Shown here: positions 18,330-28,134 of the stretch, in pieces
How the letters are laid out: each line of letters begins with the position of its first letter
Numbering within the stretch: the first letter of the stretch is position 1
NCBI GenBank assembly: GCA_051382335.1
Contig: JBBCAX010000388.1
Location: forward strand, 1 to 36,486
Direction of reading: 5' to 3'
DNA length: 36,486 nucleotides
From: Deltaproteobacteria bacterium TL4
GTDB taxonomy: Bacteria > SAR324 > NAC60-12
Made by a program: the position numbers and the translations under genes
The notes under the pieces: model-generated
The model's database searches: none
What the model was told of the DNA's origin: nothing
Seen by the model: the letters and a program-made list of their open reading frames with translations, nothing else

Positions 18330-20984
18330 ATGTCAGAAACATCCCCTCAAACTGTCTACTTGGCCGATTATACACCTCCTGCGTACTGGATTGATACGAT
18401 TGATTTGCATTTCGAACTGCAGGATAGCTTTACCCAAGTTCGGTCCAAACTGTCTCTGCGGAGGTCCAAGTACGCCTCTACAACAGAGCCTTTGGTGCTT
18501 AACGGCCATTCTATGGAGTTGATTTCTATCAAAATTGAGGGGACCCCTTTAAAGCCAGAGGAATATTCCACTGAAGCCGAAACGCTAACCATTCCTGGTG
18601 TTCCTGAAACCTTCACGTTGGAAGTCGAAACACGGATCAAACCCCACGAAAACACGTCACTGGAAGGCTTGTACCAGTCCAAAGGGATGTTCTGTACTCA
18701 ATGCGAGGCTGAAGGATTTCGTAAAATCACCTATTTTATTGACCGTCCTGATGTTATGGCAAACTATACGACAACCATTGTCGCTGATAAAACACGTTAT
18801 CCTGTTTTACTTTCCAATGGGAATTGTGTGGCTCAAGGCGATTTGGACCAGGATCGACACTGGGTGAAGTGGGAGGATCCCTTCAAGAAACCCTGCTACT
18901 TGTTTGCCCTGGTTGCAGGCGATTTGGTCCATATTGAAGACCAATACCTCACAATGTCAGGCCGTAAAGTGACCCTACAAATCTTTGTTGAAAAAGAGAA
19001 TATTGATAAATGTGAGCATGCGATGCTGTCCTTAAAGCAATCCATGCAATGGGATGAAGAACGTTATGGGCTCGAGTATGATTTGGATATCTACATGATT
19101 GTCGCGGTTAATGATTTCAACATGGGTGCCATGGAAAACAAAGGGTTGAACATTTTCAACTCCAAATATGTTTTAGCACGTCCTGACACCGCAACCGATA
19201 CAGATTATGAAAATATTCAAGGAGTGATTGGACATGAATATTTTCACAATTGGACAGGAAATCGTGTAACTTGCAGAGATTGGTTTCAGTTGAGCCTTAA
19301 AGAAGGACTGACCGTTTTCAGGGATCAGGAGTTTTCCTCAGACATGACCTCCCGGGCGATTAAAAGAATTGACGATGTCAACATCCTGAGAACTCATCAA
19401 TTTCGTGAAGATTCCGGTCCTATGGCGCATCCGATCCGTCCTGAGTCATATATGGAGATCAATAATTTTTATACCATGACCGTTTATGACAAAGGCGCGG
19501 AAGTTGTGAGAATGATTCAAACCCTGATTGGGAAAGACCATTTCAAAAAGGGATTGCGGCACTACCTCAAGAAACATGATGGACAAGCGGCAACAACGGA
19601 TGATTTTGTGAGCGCCATGGAAGAGGGGTCTCAGATCGATCTGGCTCAGTTCCGGTTGTGGTATAGTCAGGCGGGCACACCAGAACTTCAGGTTAAGACA
19701 AACTATGATGAAAAAGCTCAGACGTATACGCTCACCATCGCGCAATCATGTCCGCCAACTCCCAATCAGGAAAAGAAAAAGCCTTTTCATATTCCTGTTT
19801 CCATGGGATTACTTTCTCAAGAAGGAAAAAATCTGCCGTTACAACTTGCCGGAGAATCCCAACCATCACCGACAGCAACCCGGGTTTTGAGTTTACGTCA
19901 GGCGGAAGAAACCTTTCATTTCGTCAACCTGGCTCAAGCACCCATTCCTTCTTTTTTAAGAGAATTTTCTGCTCCAGTAAAACTGCATTATGAATATTCG
20001 GATCAAGAACTTGCTTTTTTAATGGCAAAGGATTGTGACGATTTCAATCGTTGGGAAGCCGGTCAACAACTGGTGATTGGAACGTTGCTGCAACAGCTTC
20101 AGGCGTATCAGGAGCAACGAAAATTGTCCTTAGCGGATCATTTTGTCAGCGCATTCCAGACGTTGGTAGAGACGCCTGACCTGGATAAGTCCTTATTAGC
20201 TCTGATGTTAACCTTACCGAGTGAGCTTTACCTTAGTGAGTTGGTGGAGGTGATTGATGTGGTCGCTATTCACGAAGTCAGAAAATGGGTTCGAAATACT
20301 TTGAGCACCCGACTGAAAGATTCGCTGTTGGCCTTGTACCATGACAACCAGGACCGAGGCCCCTATCAAACCACACCGGAAGCCATGGGAAAACGAAAAT
20401 TAAAGAATGTGTGTCTGTCTCACCTGATCTTGTTGGGAGACCCCTCAATGTGCCGGTTGGGGTTTGATCAGTTTCAGCATAGCCCAAACATGACAGACGC
20501 GATGGATGCGTTAAATGCCTTAATTCATGTGGATTGTCAGGAGCGTCAACTCGCACTGGACGCTTTTTACCAAAAATGGAAATCGGACCCTTTGGTGATT
20601 GATAAATGGCTTGCTCTTCAGGCAACCTCTCAGTTGCCCGATACCTTAACTCAAGTCAAAACCTTGATGCGGCATCCCGCTTTCGAAATAAAAAACCCCA
20701 ATAAAGTCCGTTCCTTGATCGGTACGTTTTGTCATGGCAATCCCCTTCGCTTTCATGACCAAAGTGGCGCGGGTTATGAATTCTGCGCCGATCAAATTCT
20801 GACCTTAGATCCCATGAATCCTATGATTGCCGCACGTTTGCTGACTCCGTTCACTCGCTGGAAAAAATATGACCCTACTCGTAAAAAACTCATGCAACTT
20901 CAACTGGAACGTATGCTTCAAACCCCTAACCTTTCAAAAGATGTTTATGAAATCGTCTCAAAAAGTTTAAAAGGGACTCCATAA
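18330..20984 (+). CDS. pepN: Aminopeptidase N (M1 family)
   Basis: Motifs [38 protein letters not shown] and KNPNKVRSL. Confidence 0.97.
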   Translation: MSETSPQTVYLADYTPPAYWIDTIDLHFELQDSFTQVRSKLSLRRSKYASTTEPLVLNGHSMELISIKIEGTPLKPEEYSTEAETLTIPGVPETFTLEVETRIKPHENTSLEGLYQSKGMFCTQCEAEGFRKITYFIDRPDVMANYTTTIVADKTRYPVLLSNGNCVAQGDLDQDRHWVKWEDPFKKPCYLFALVAGDLVHIEDQYLTMSGRKVTLQIFVEKENIDKCEHAMLSLKQSMQWDEERYGLEYDLDIYMIVAVNDFNMGAMENKGLNIFNSKYVLARPDTATDTDYENIQGVIGHEYFHNWTGNRVTCRDWFQLSLKEGLTVFRDQEFSSDMTSRAIKRIDDVNILRTHQFREDSGPMAHPIRPESYMEINNFYTMTVYDKGAEVVRMIQTLIGKDHFKKGLRHYLKKHDGQAATTDDFVSAMEEGSQIDLAQFRLWYSQAGTPELQVKTNYDEKAQTYTLTIAQSCPPTPNQEKKKPFHIPVSMGLLSQEGKNLPLQLAGESQPSPTATRVLSLRQAEETFHFVNLAQAPIPSFLREFSAPVKLHYEYSDQELAFLMAKDCDDFNRWEAGQQLVIGTLLQQLQAYQEQRKLSLADHFVSAFQTLVETPDLDKSLLALMLTLPSELYLSELVEVIDVVAIHEVRKWVRNTLSTRLKDSLLALYHDNQDRGPYQTTPEAMGKRKLKNVCLSHLILLGDPSMCRLGFDQFQHSPNMTDAMDALNALIHVDCQERQLALDAFYQKWKSDPLVIDKWLALQATSQLPDTLTQVKTLMRHPAFEIKNPNKVRSLIGTFCHGNPLRFHDQSGAGYEFCADQILTLDPMNPMIAARLLTPFTRWKKYDPTRKKLMQLQLERMLQTPNLSKDVYEIVSKSLKGTP

Positions 20985-21019
20985 AAGGTGCCCATAAAAA
21001 TACAAATTTAAACTAAGAC

Positions 21020-21048
21020 TTGTCAGAATCGGCAAGAGAAGCTATGAT
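21020..21048 (+). promoter_or_regulatory. Putative sigma70 promoter for ccmF
   Basis: TTGTCA (21020-21025), 17-bp spacer, TATGAT (21043-21048), about 60 bp upstream of the ccmF ATG. Confidence 0.6.
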
Positions 21049-21108
21049 CCCAACCTCCCTTGCCCCTAATTCTGTCCCTCCCTTAAACTAATAGTAGTAA
21101 GGAATGAA

Positions 21109-23106
21109 ATGACTGATCTTGGATATATTGCGATGTTGCTGGCTTTAGCCGTTGCACTTTATGGAACTATCACCCCTCCGCTTGGAGTAAAATACAACAA
21201 CTGGAACCTCATCCGCTCTGTTCAATATGGAACGATCTTGAACTTTTTTCTGATGACACTAACAACAGGTTCTTTAATTTACGCGTTTGTGACGAATGAT
21301 TACAGTATTAAATATGTCTGGGAAAACTCAAGTAGAGATCTGCCTGTGTTCTATAAAGTGACCGCGCTTTGGGGAGGCATGGACGGTTCTTTATTGTTCT
21401 GGGCTTTTGTCCAAAGTGGATTCGCGATGGTTGTGGCCTTTCGATACCAATACAGTAACCGGGAAATAATCCCCTATGTCATTGCAACCTTAAACTTCAT
21501 TATGGTATTTTTACTCTTCCTGTTGGTGGGATGGTCCAACCCTCTTGCCGTTCAGGCAATGGTTCCCGCAGATGGAAGAGGCTTGAATCCCTTGCTTCAA
21601 CATCCTGCGATGACCGCTCATCCCCCCGCGTTATACTTGGGGTACATTGGTTTCAGTGTTCCTTTTGCCTTTGCCATCGGAGCGATGATTCGCGGGAAAT
21701 TAGGCAATGACTGGGTGCTGACTACACGACGCTGGACTTTGGTTTCCTGGTACTTTCTCACCTTGGGGATTGTGATGGGAGGTCAATGGGCCTATGAAGA
21801 ACTCGGATGGGGAGGATTTTGGGCCTGGGACCCTGTAGAAAACGCGTCCTTTATGCCATGGCTCGTAGGAACCGCATTCTTACACTCCGTCATCATTCAG
21901 GAAAAACGGAATATGCTCAAGATTTGGAACATGGTTCTCATTATCATTACCTTTGGTCTCAGTATCTTGGGAACCTTCATTGTCCGTTCCGGGGTGCTGA
22001 ATTCTGTCCATGCGTTTGCACAATCGGAGGTTGGCCCCGCCTTCCTGGTCTTCCTTGCCGCGATTTTAGTGGTTTCTTTTATGCTGTTATTCAAGCGGAT
22101 CAAAATGTTGGAATCGGATCACAAGATGGAATCTCTGTTTTGCAAGGAAAACGTCTTTGTGGCACAAAATATATTATTTGTGGGAATTGCCTTTACCGTT
22201 TTTCTAGGCACAACCTTTCCCCTCTTGGCAGAAGCCTTACGAGGGACAAAGCTTTCCATACAGGCTCCTTTCTTTAACGCGATCACCGCGCCCATGGCTT
22301 ATGTTTTGTTATTCTTGATGGGAGTCGGGACACTGATCGCCTGGCGCCGTTCCAGCATGGAAAATCTTCGTCGGAATTTCCTGAAACCGGTCATCATCGC
22401 GACGTTAGTGACCATTGGACTGGCTTTCTATTTATACAAGACGCCTTCCGCTCTGATTATTTTCTGGGTTTCTACCTTCGTTACCGCGACGATTGTGATT
22501 GAATTATTTACCAGCACTCTTACCAAAAAGCGGCAGTTATCAACGAACTGTTTGATGGCCTTCATTCATGTGATTGCCAGAAACAGACGACGTTATGGAG
22601 GTTTATTGATTCACATGGGGGTGGTCTTGATATTTATCGGTATTGCAGGGTCAATTTTTAAAGTGGAAAAAGATATGACTTTTGTGGTAAATCAAGCTCA
22701 ATCTATTGGCAGATATACCTTAATTTATAAGGGAATTGATGAATTTATGGTTCGTAACGCGACGCATCGAGCGGCCTCTATTGAGGTGTATGAAAATGGG
22801 AAATTGGTTGAAATCATGGAACCCGCAAAAAGTTTTTATCCCACTCAGCCGAATCCTTTAACAGAAGTTAGCATTCGACGTACGGTCCTTGACGATTTAT
22901 ACCTCGTTTTTTCCAGTGAAAATGGCAGGGCAGGCGATTCAGTGACGCTCAAAGTGTTTCTCAACCCTTTCATCATGTGGGGCTGGATGAGTCTTCCCGT
23001 CTTTACTCTTGGAATTGGGCTCTGTCTTTCCTATCGTCCTAAAAGCCTGGTTTATAATCAGGAATTGTTAAAAACCCGGTATTCCTTTGCGGAAAATAAA
23101 ACCTGA
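21109..23106 (+). CDS. ccmF: Cytochrome c heme lyase subunit CcmF
   Basis: WWD motif WAYEELGWGGFWAWDPVENASFMPWL, plus GLNPLLQ, HPP and SVHAF. Confidence 0.96.
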   Translation: MTDLGYIAMLLALAVALYGTITPPLGVKYNNWNLIRSVQYGTILNFFLMTLTTGSLIYAFVTNDYSIKYVWENSSRDLPVFYKVTALWGGMDGSLLFWAFVQSGFAMVVAFRYQYSNREIIPYVIATLNFIMVFLLFLLVGWSNPLAVQAMVPADGRGLNPLLQHPAMTAHPPALYLGYIGFSVPFAFAIGAMIRGKLGNDWVLTTRRWTLVSWYFLTLGIVMGGQWAYEELGWGGFWAWDPVENASFMPWLVGTAFLHSVIIQEKRNMLKIWNMVLIIITFGLSILGTFIVRSGVLNSVHAFAQSEVGPAFLVFLAAILVVSFMLLFKRIKMLESDHKMESLFCKENVFVAQNILFVGIAFTVFLGTTFPLLAEALRGTKLSIQAPFFNAITAPMAYVLLFLMGVGTLIAWRRSSMENLRRNFLKPVIIATLVTIGLAFYLYKTPSALIIFWVSTFVTATIVIELFTSTLTKKRQLSTNCLMAFIHVIARNRRRYGGLLIHMGVVLIFIGIAGSIFKVEKDMTFVVNQAQSIGRYTLIYKGIDEFMVRNATHRAASIEVYENGKLVEIMEPAKSFYPTQPNPLTEVSIRRTVLDDLYLVFSSENGRAGDSVTLKVFLNPFIMWGWMSLPVFTLGIGLCLSYRPKSLVYNQELLKTRYSFAENKT

Positions 23107-23112
23107 CCGGGA

Positions 23113-23616
23113 TCAGGGCATTTCAGCAGCAGGAGGAATGTCCTCATATTTCCGGATTTCCGGTTGTTCACAGGTGTCATCTTTTTTGTTGGCACCCAGA
23201 CTATAAAAAACTCTTGACGCCTCATGCCACTGTAGCGAACTTCCCCAACGATCCTGGATGGCGAGTGTGGGAAGTCGCTCTTCTGATAATTCCTGTAATT
23301 TATTGATTTCCGCATCCAAGTTTGATTGACACGCCTGTGATTCATCATGGGCGTTGTTCAGTGCTTCGTAAGTCTCTTGCTCATTTTTTGTATGTTTTTT
23401 AATGAAATGCAAGAGTATTTCATTTCTCAGTTTTATTTCCTGAACCCTCTCCTGATAAAGCTCCTGCTGGGCATTGAGGGCTTTTATTCTTAACTGTGGG
23501 TTGGTTGGAGTAGCAGCGTGTCTCTGGGATTGACTTCCTACATGAACATTGACTTGACCAGAACTACACCCTGTGATCATCACCATACATAAAAAAACAC
23601 TCAACCGACATTTCAT
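23113..23616 (-). CDS. Hypothetical lipoprotein with a coiled coil
   Basis: ATG 23616 with a GGGAG RBS. Signal peptide MKCRLSVFLCMVMITG-C followed by SSG. Heptad-rich middle region. Confidence 0.65.
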   Translation of the reverse strand: MKCRLSVFLCMVMITGCSSGQVNVHVGSQSQRHAATPTNPQLRIKALNAQQELYQERVQEIKLRNEILLHFIKKHTKNEQETYEALNNAHDESQACQSNLDAEINKLQELSEERLPTLAIQDRWGSSLQWHEASRVFYSLGANKKDDTCEQPEIRKYEDIPPAAEMP

Positions 23617-23724
23617 ATTCAACTCCCATCCTTCTATTAACCGTTCCATTCCAGGCAAAAGCGCCAAAGAATTAACCAGGAAAGACCGTACTCTAAAAAT
23701 CATAAAAATAACAGACTTATACTA

Positions 23725-23863
23725 GAGGCTGTCCGAGAATAGGTGTTGAGCATCAGTAGGGTGCCGCTTAAGCGAAGCGAGCGCACCACAAATAAGGAGA
23801 CACAATTTTCTGGTGCGCTCGCTTCGCTTAAGCACACCCGACACACCCTTCTCGGACAGCCTC
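23725..23863 (+). mobile_element. MITE-like element, family A copy 2: perfect 15-bp TIRs enclosing a GTAG REP doublet
   Basis: gaggctgtccgagaa (23725-23739) / ttctcggacagcctc (23849-23863). Inner gcttaagcgaagcgagcgcacca / tggtgcgctcgcttcgcttaagc. Homologous to 7053-7189. Confidence 0.9.
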
Positions 23864-23994
23864 CTGAGATTCAGGCAGTTTTTTGCATGTTTTTACTCGT
23901 TGTTTGCTTCCTTTTATGTTATGAGTGGGCCTCGGTGGTTGAAATCATTCTCGATGATCATTAGTTGCATTAAACCATTATAGAAGATACGCAT

Positions 23995-24528
23995 ATGTTT
24001 AAAACGTGGCAATTTTGGGTAGTGATTGGACTCATTGTAGGTTTGGTCGCAATGTTTGCTTTCGGATTCACAACTGACCCTAAAAAGGTTCCCTCCCCCT
24101 TAATTAATAAATCCGCACCTGATTTTGAAGTAACCCATTTGAATGGTTCAGCATCAATTCAGTTGTCAAAATTACGAGGAAAGCCCGTGGTGCTGAACTT
24201 CTGGGCCTCCTGGTGTGTTGAATGCCGAAACGAAGCCCATATTTTGGAGGCTTTTCATCAGAAGTACGGAATATCTGGTCAGATCCAAATGATGGGTATC
24301 GCCATTCAGGATACGCGTCAAAAGGCCTCAGCGTTTGCGAAACAGTTTAACAAAACCTATTTTCTGGCCCTGGAAGGCCCCAAGGCTTTCTCTTTAGATT
24401 ACGGTATTTATGGTGTCCCTGAAACTTTTTTTATTGATCGTCAAGGGATCATTCGCTATAAACACTTGGGTGGGGTAACCCCTAAAATTATGGAAGAACA
24501 GATTCAAGCACTCTTGAAAACCCCGTAA
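23995..24528 (+). CDS. ccmG: Thiol:disulfide oxidoreductase CcmG/DsbE (TlpA-like)
   Basis: N-terminal TM, PSPLI, LNFWASWCVEC and YGVPETFFID. Located between ccmF and ccmH. Confidence 0.9.
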   Translation: MFKTWQFWVVIGLIVGLVAMFAFGFTTDPKKVPSPLINKSAPDFEVTHLNGSASIQLSKLRGKPVVLNFWASWCVECRNEAHILEAFHQKYGISGQIQMMGIAIQDTRQKASAFAKQFNKTYFLALEGPKAFSLDYGIYGVPETFFIDRQGIIRYKHLGGVTPKIMEEQIQALLKTP

Positions 24529-24549
24529 ACTCAAACCACAAAAGGACCC

Positions 24550-25014
24550 ATGCAAGGGATAAAAATTATCAGTATCAGTGTGTTATTGTTTGTTTCGATG
24601 ATGAGTTTTTGCTCAGCGGATGAAGAACTGGAACGGAAGGTACGAGAACTTGGGGATGAACTTCGTTGTCCTACATGTCAAGGCTTGTCTGTACATGAAT
24701 CGGAATCCGGATTTTCTACCCAGATGAAAATCAAAATACGAGAAATGTTACAGCAAGGAAAAACAGATGAAGAGATCAAGGCTTACTTTGTTGAGAGCTA
24801 TGGCGAATGGATTTTAAGAGCGCCTTCGAAAACAGGATTCAATTTGTTACTATGGGTCTTACCAGGACTGTTAATTCTTGTCGCGCTTTTCCTGCTTTGG
24901 AAAAAATCCAACTCGTGGGTTAAAGCCAATCCGGATAGGGAGGAGCTTTCACCCTTAAGTCCTGAAGAACAACAACTGCTTAAGAAAGATCAAAATCAAT
25001 TTGAAAACAGTTAG
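24550..25014 (+). CDS. ccmH: Cytochrome c biogenesis protein CcmH
   Basis: Motifs LRCPTCQ, YFVESYGEWIL and LLLWVLP. Confidence 0.92.
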   Translation: MQGIKIISISVLLFVSMMSFCSADEELERKVRELGDELRCPTCQGLSVHESESGFSTQMKIKIREMLQQGKTDEEIKAYFVESYGEWILRAPSKTGFNLLLWVLPGLLILVALFLLWKKSNSWVKANPDREELSPLSPEEQQLLKKDQNQFENS

Positions 25015-25060
25015 TCACTTCTGTTGACTTCGTTTCACCTCTCCATGAACCCCCTTTTTT

Positions 25061-25090
25061 GGTGAACGCATGAACCTTCATCCGTTCACC
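25061..25090. terminator. Hairpin between convergent ccmH and moeB (terminator or REP-like)
   Basis: ggtgaacgcatgaa-cc-ttcatccgttcacc stem with one mismatch. Confidence 0.55.
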
Positions 25091-25096
25091 ACCGAT

Positions 25097-26248
25097 TTAG
25101 TAACGGGGAATCGAGGGGTCCACGACTTCTGACCAGCGATCTATTCCGCCATCCAGACTTTTTACATTAGTGAAGCCACTCGTAACCAACTCTCTCACCG
25201 CTCTCATTGAACGAATGCCTTTATAACAATAGATATAAATCGGCGCCTCTTTATTGAGTCCGGGAATAGCGTTTTTCAGATCGACCAGTGGAATGAGAGT
25301 CGCGCCTTCAAGATGGCATATTTCCCATTCATGAGGCTCTCTGACGTCAATTAATGAAAACGGTTCTCCTGATTCCATAATTTCTTCTAATTCAGGAGCA
25401 TAAATGGTGTGTTCGTCTTCATTGAAATCACTCTTTTCTTGAGGGAGTAAAACACTACAAAACGCTTCATAGTCTTGAAGTTCTGTAATGGTCGCGTTCT
25501 CGCCACATAAGGCACAGTGAGGATCCTTACGAATTTTTATATCTTTGAAAGACATTTTCAGAGCATCAAACAGCAATAAACGACCCACCAGCGATTTGCC
25601 TTTCCCCAGAAGAAACTTGATCACTTCTGTTGCTTGAATCAAACCGACGATTCCTGGGAGTACCCCTAAAACCCCACCTTCCGCGCAATTCGGAACAAGG
25701 GCGGCAGGAGGTGGAGAAGCATAAAGACAACGATAACAAGGCCCCTCGTGATGAGGATCAAAGACCGTCATTTGTCCTTGGAAGCGAAAGATGGAACCAT
25801 AGATTAATGGCTTTTTTGCCAGATATGTCGCGTCACTGACCAAATAACGGGTATTAAAATTATCGGAACCATCAACAATCAGATCATATTGGCTAAAAAG
25901 TTCAATAGCATTGTCATTGGTCACCCCCTCATTATAAGTAACTATCTTGACATTCGGATTTGCCGCAGTAATGGTCCGGGCTAACTGTTCTACTTTGGGT
26001 TTGCCAATATCCTCAACGGTATAAGCAATTTGCCGCTGAAGGTTTGAGGTATCAACCACATCAAAATCAATTAACCCCATGGTCCCGATCCCCGCGGCAC
26101 CTAAATACATTCCGATAGGACAACCCAAGCCCCCCGCACCCACAAGGAGCACCTTGGATTCTTTTAATTTAATTTGCCCTTCCATTCCTACTTCCGGCAA
26201 GCGTAAATGTCGTGAGTAACGGCTGATTTCTTCATTGTTGAGCTGCAT
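25097..26248 (-). CDS. moeB: Molybdopterin-synthase adenylyltransferase with rhodanese domain (MoeB/MoeZ)
   Basis: Motifs RYSRH, VGAGGLG, SNLQRQ, PCYRCLY, NCAEGGVLG and C-terminal rhodanese YCYKGIRS. Start taken at ATG 26248. Confidence 0.93.
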   Translation of the reverse strand: MQLNNEEISRYSRHLRLPEVGMEGQIKLKESKVLLVGAGGLGCPIGMYLGAAGIGTMGLIDFDVVDTSNLQRQIAYTVEDIGKPKVEQLARTITAANPNVKIVTYNEGVTNDNAIELFSQYDLIVDGSDNFNTRYLVSDATYLAKKPLIYGSIFRFQGQMTVFDPHHEGPCYRCLYASPPPAALVPNCAEGGVLGVLPGIVGLIQATEVIKFLLGKGKSLVGRLLLFDALKMSFKDIKIRKDPHCALCGENATITELQDYEAFCSVLLPQEKSDFNEDEHTIYAPELEEIMESGEPFSLIDVREPHEWEICHLEGATLIPLVDLKNAIPGLNKEAPIYIYCYKGIRSMRAVRELVTSGFTNVKSLDGGIDRWSEVVDPSIPRY

Positions 26249-26534
26249 TTTTTCCCTGCTAGTTTGATGATTAAGAACTAAAGGTACTTTGAGGTGCAAT
26301 GTCTCGAGCTTTTGGTGAAGCACGAACACGTCTCACGAATACGTTCACGGAAAACAAAGGACACTATTGTTCTCGACTGGATAGCGAATTCCATCACCTA
26401 TCATTGTACCAGAGGCTATTTAAAGTGGACCCTATTGTAGAGGATATGTCTGAATTATCAAGCAGAGATTCTACATGCGTAACGCAGGATCTTGCCTGTC
26501 TCGGCCGACAAGACGTTGAAAGGGTGGGGGGATC

Positions 26535-28133
26535 TTACTCAATGATCCCCATCTCCCGCGCGTTCTTGACAGATTCCATTTCATCCCAGTCTTTCTCCAC
26601 TTGAAAATCATTTGCGATCACATTGGCGCCAATATAACCAGGACCGCCAATGATCATTCCCCCCGGATAAGTACTTGCGCCGCAAACATAAAAACCATCA
26701 ATCGGAGTGTAAACTTGGGAACACGCTTCATTAGGGCGGAAATATCCCATCTGTAGCGGTGTATAAGAGCCTTGCTTGATAGAGCCGTTCACCATATTGA
26801 TCAACTTCTTTTCAATATAGGTTGGGGGGTACACCAACGTATTGAGGGGATCTAAATTGGGGGCATATTGTTTCCACTCATTAAGGCATAACTTGGCGTA
26901 TTCGTCCTTGTTATGATCCCAATCATTGTCGTAAGGAACGAGCGACTCCCATCGGCCCGTGTGCATTCCCGGAGGTGCTTGAATCGGATCAAATAACGAC
27001 GCACAGGTAGTATGTCCCAGCAGGTTTTTTCGGGGAACTTTCCCCTCTTCAACGTTATGATAATGGTCCAACAGGGTATCGGTATCCTGCACACCAAAAA
27101 AAGTGATCAAGCCCCGGTTGGCATCCGCAACGGATTCCGAACCAAGATATTGAGGCGCGGCTCTTAAAGAAACATGCGTTCCAAAAAAGACCCCTTTTTC
27201 CCATTCCCACCGTTCGGTACTGTCAAGAATGTTTTCGGGAACCTGGTCTCGGTCAAAGAACTTTAGAAAATTCTGATGGGGATCTACCGTGGAAACCACG
27301 ACTTCTGATTTAATTTCTGTGCCATCTTTGAGTAACACGCCCTCAACTTTTCCAGCCTTCATCAATACTTTTACCACTTCCGAGCTATCGCGGATCGTTC
27401 CTCCGGCCCGGATCACGCACTTGTGCATCGCGGAGGAAAGTCGGTGAGAACCGCCGGAGCAAAGGGCAACGTTGGTCATGCGATAAACATAGAGAGGAAA
27501 GATAAAACCCAAGGCATCGGAAGGTGAAAGTCCCCACATGGTAAAGAGGTTCAGGATTGCGGCTTTAACGGGCTCACTGAAGTCATACATTTCCAAAATA
27601 TCCAGGCAAGGCCTCTCCGCAAGTTCCGCGAATCGTCGTCCCACCTCATCATTTGCGTTTTCGAGCATCTGAACTTGATCCACAGGCGCAACCGCTGGCA
27701 CGTAGGTCAACGGAATCAAGATTTTTTCGGAATACTCTTTAAAATCCGCATACATCCTGGTGTATTCTTTTCCATCCTTTTTGGAAAAATTTTCAGAAAT
27801 GTATTGCGCGGTTTTTTTCGGATCCCGATAAAGGATCAACGGTTTGCGATCTTTGTAGATATAAGAGGCCTGCACCTCAGGATAGATAAATTTGACGCCT
27901 TTAGCTTTAAGGTTGAAATCATGATAAACGGGCATAATTTCTGCCATCATGTGATAGATCGCATGCAAGTTATATTTAAACCCCGCAAATTCGAGCGTAT
28001 CCAAACCTCCGCCGGTTTCATGTCTTGCTTCCAGCAGAATCACCTTTAAGCCTGCTCTCGCCAAATAAGCACTACAGATTAATCCATTAGGGCCGCCTCC
28101 AATGATGGCGACATCATATTTCATTCGTTTCAT
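26535..28133 (-). CDS. Phytoene dehydrogenase-like FAD oxidoreductase (COG1233), paralog B
   Basis: Motifs YDVAIIGGGPNGL, LEAR..GGG, GGSHRL, DPIQAPPG and YVCGASTYPGG. Confidence 0.9.
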   Translation of the reverse strand: MKRMKYDVAIIGGGPNGLICSAYLARAGLKVILLEARHETGGGLDTLEFAGFKYNLHAIYHMMAEIMPVYHDFNLKAKGVKFIYPEVQASYIYKDRKPLILYRDPKKTAQYISENFSKKDGKEYTRMYADFKEYSEKILIPLTYVPAVAPVDQVQMLENANDEVGRRFAELAERPCLDILEMYDFSEPVKAAILNLFTMWGLSPSDALGFIFPLYVYRMTNVALCSGGSHRLSSAMHKCVIRAGGTIRDSSEVVKVLMKAGKVEGVLLKDGTEIKSEVVVSTVDPHQNFLKFFDRDQVPENILDSTERWEWEKGVFFGTHVSLRAAPQYLGSESVADANRGLITFFGVQDTDTLLDHYHNVEEGKVPRKNLLGHTTCASLFDPIQAPPGMHTGRWESLVPYDNDWDHNKDEYAKLCLNEWKQYAPNLDPLNTLVYPPTYIEKKLINMVNGSIKQGSYTPLQMGYFRPNEACSQVYTPIDGFYVCGASTYPGGMIIGGPGYIGANVIANDFQVEKDWDEMESVKNAREMGIIE

Positions 28134-28134
28134 A

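Noticed and set aside
23743..23964. 73-aa ORF upstream of ccmG
   Set aside because: It starts inside the palindromic family-A element and has no recognisable protein features.
26299..26604. 101-aa plus-strand ORF and the many other short ORFs antisense to or nested in known genes
   Set aside because: Shadow ORFs with no motifs, overlapping well-supported genes.
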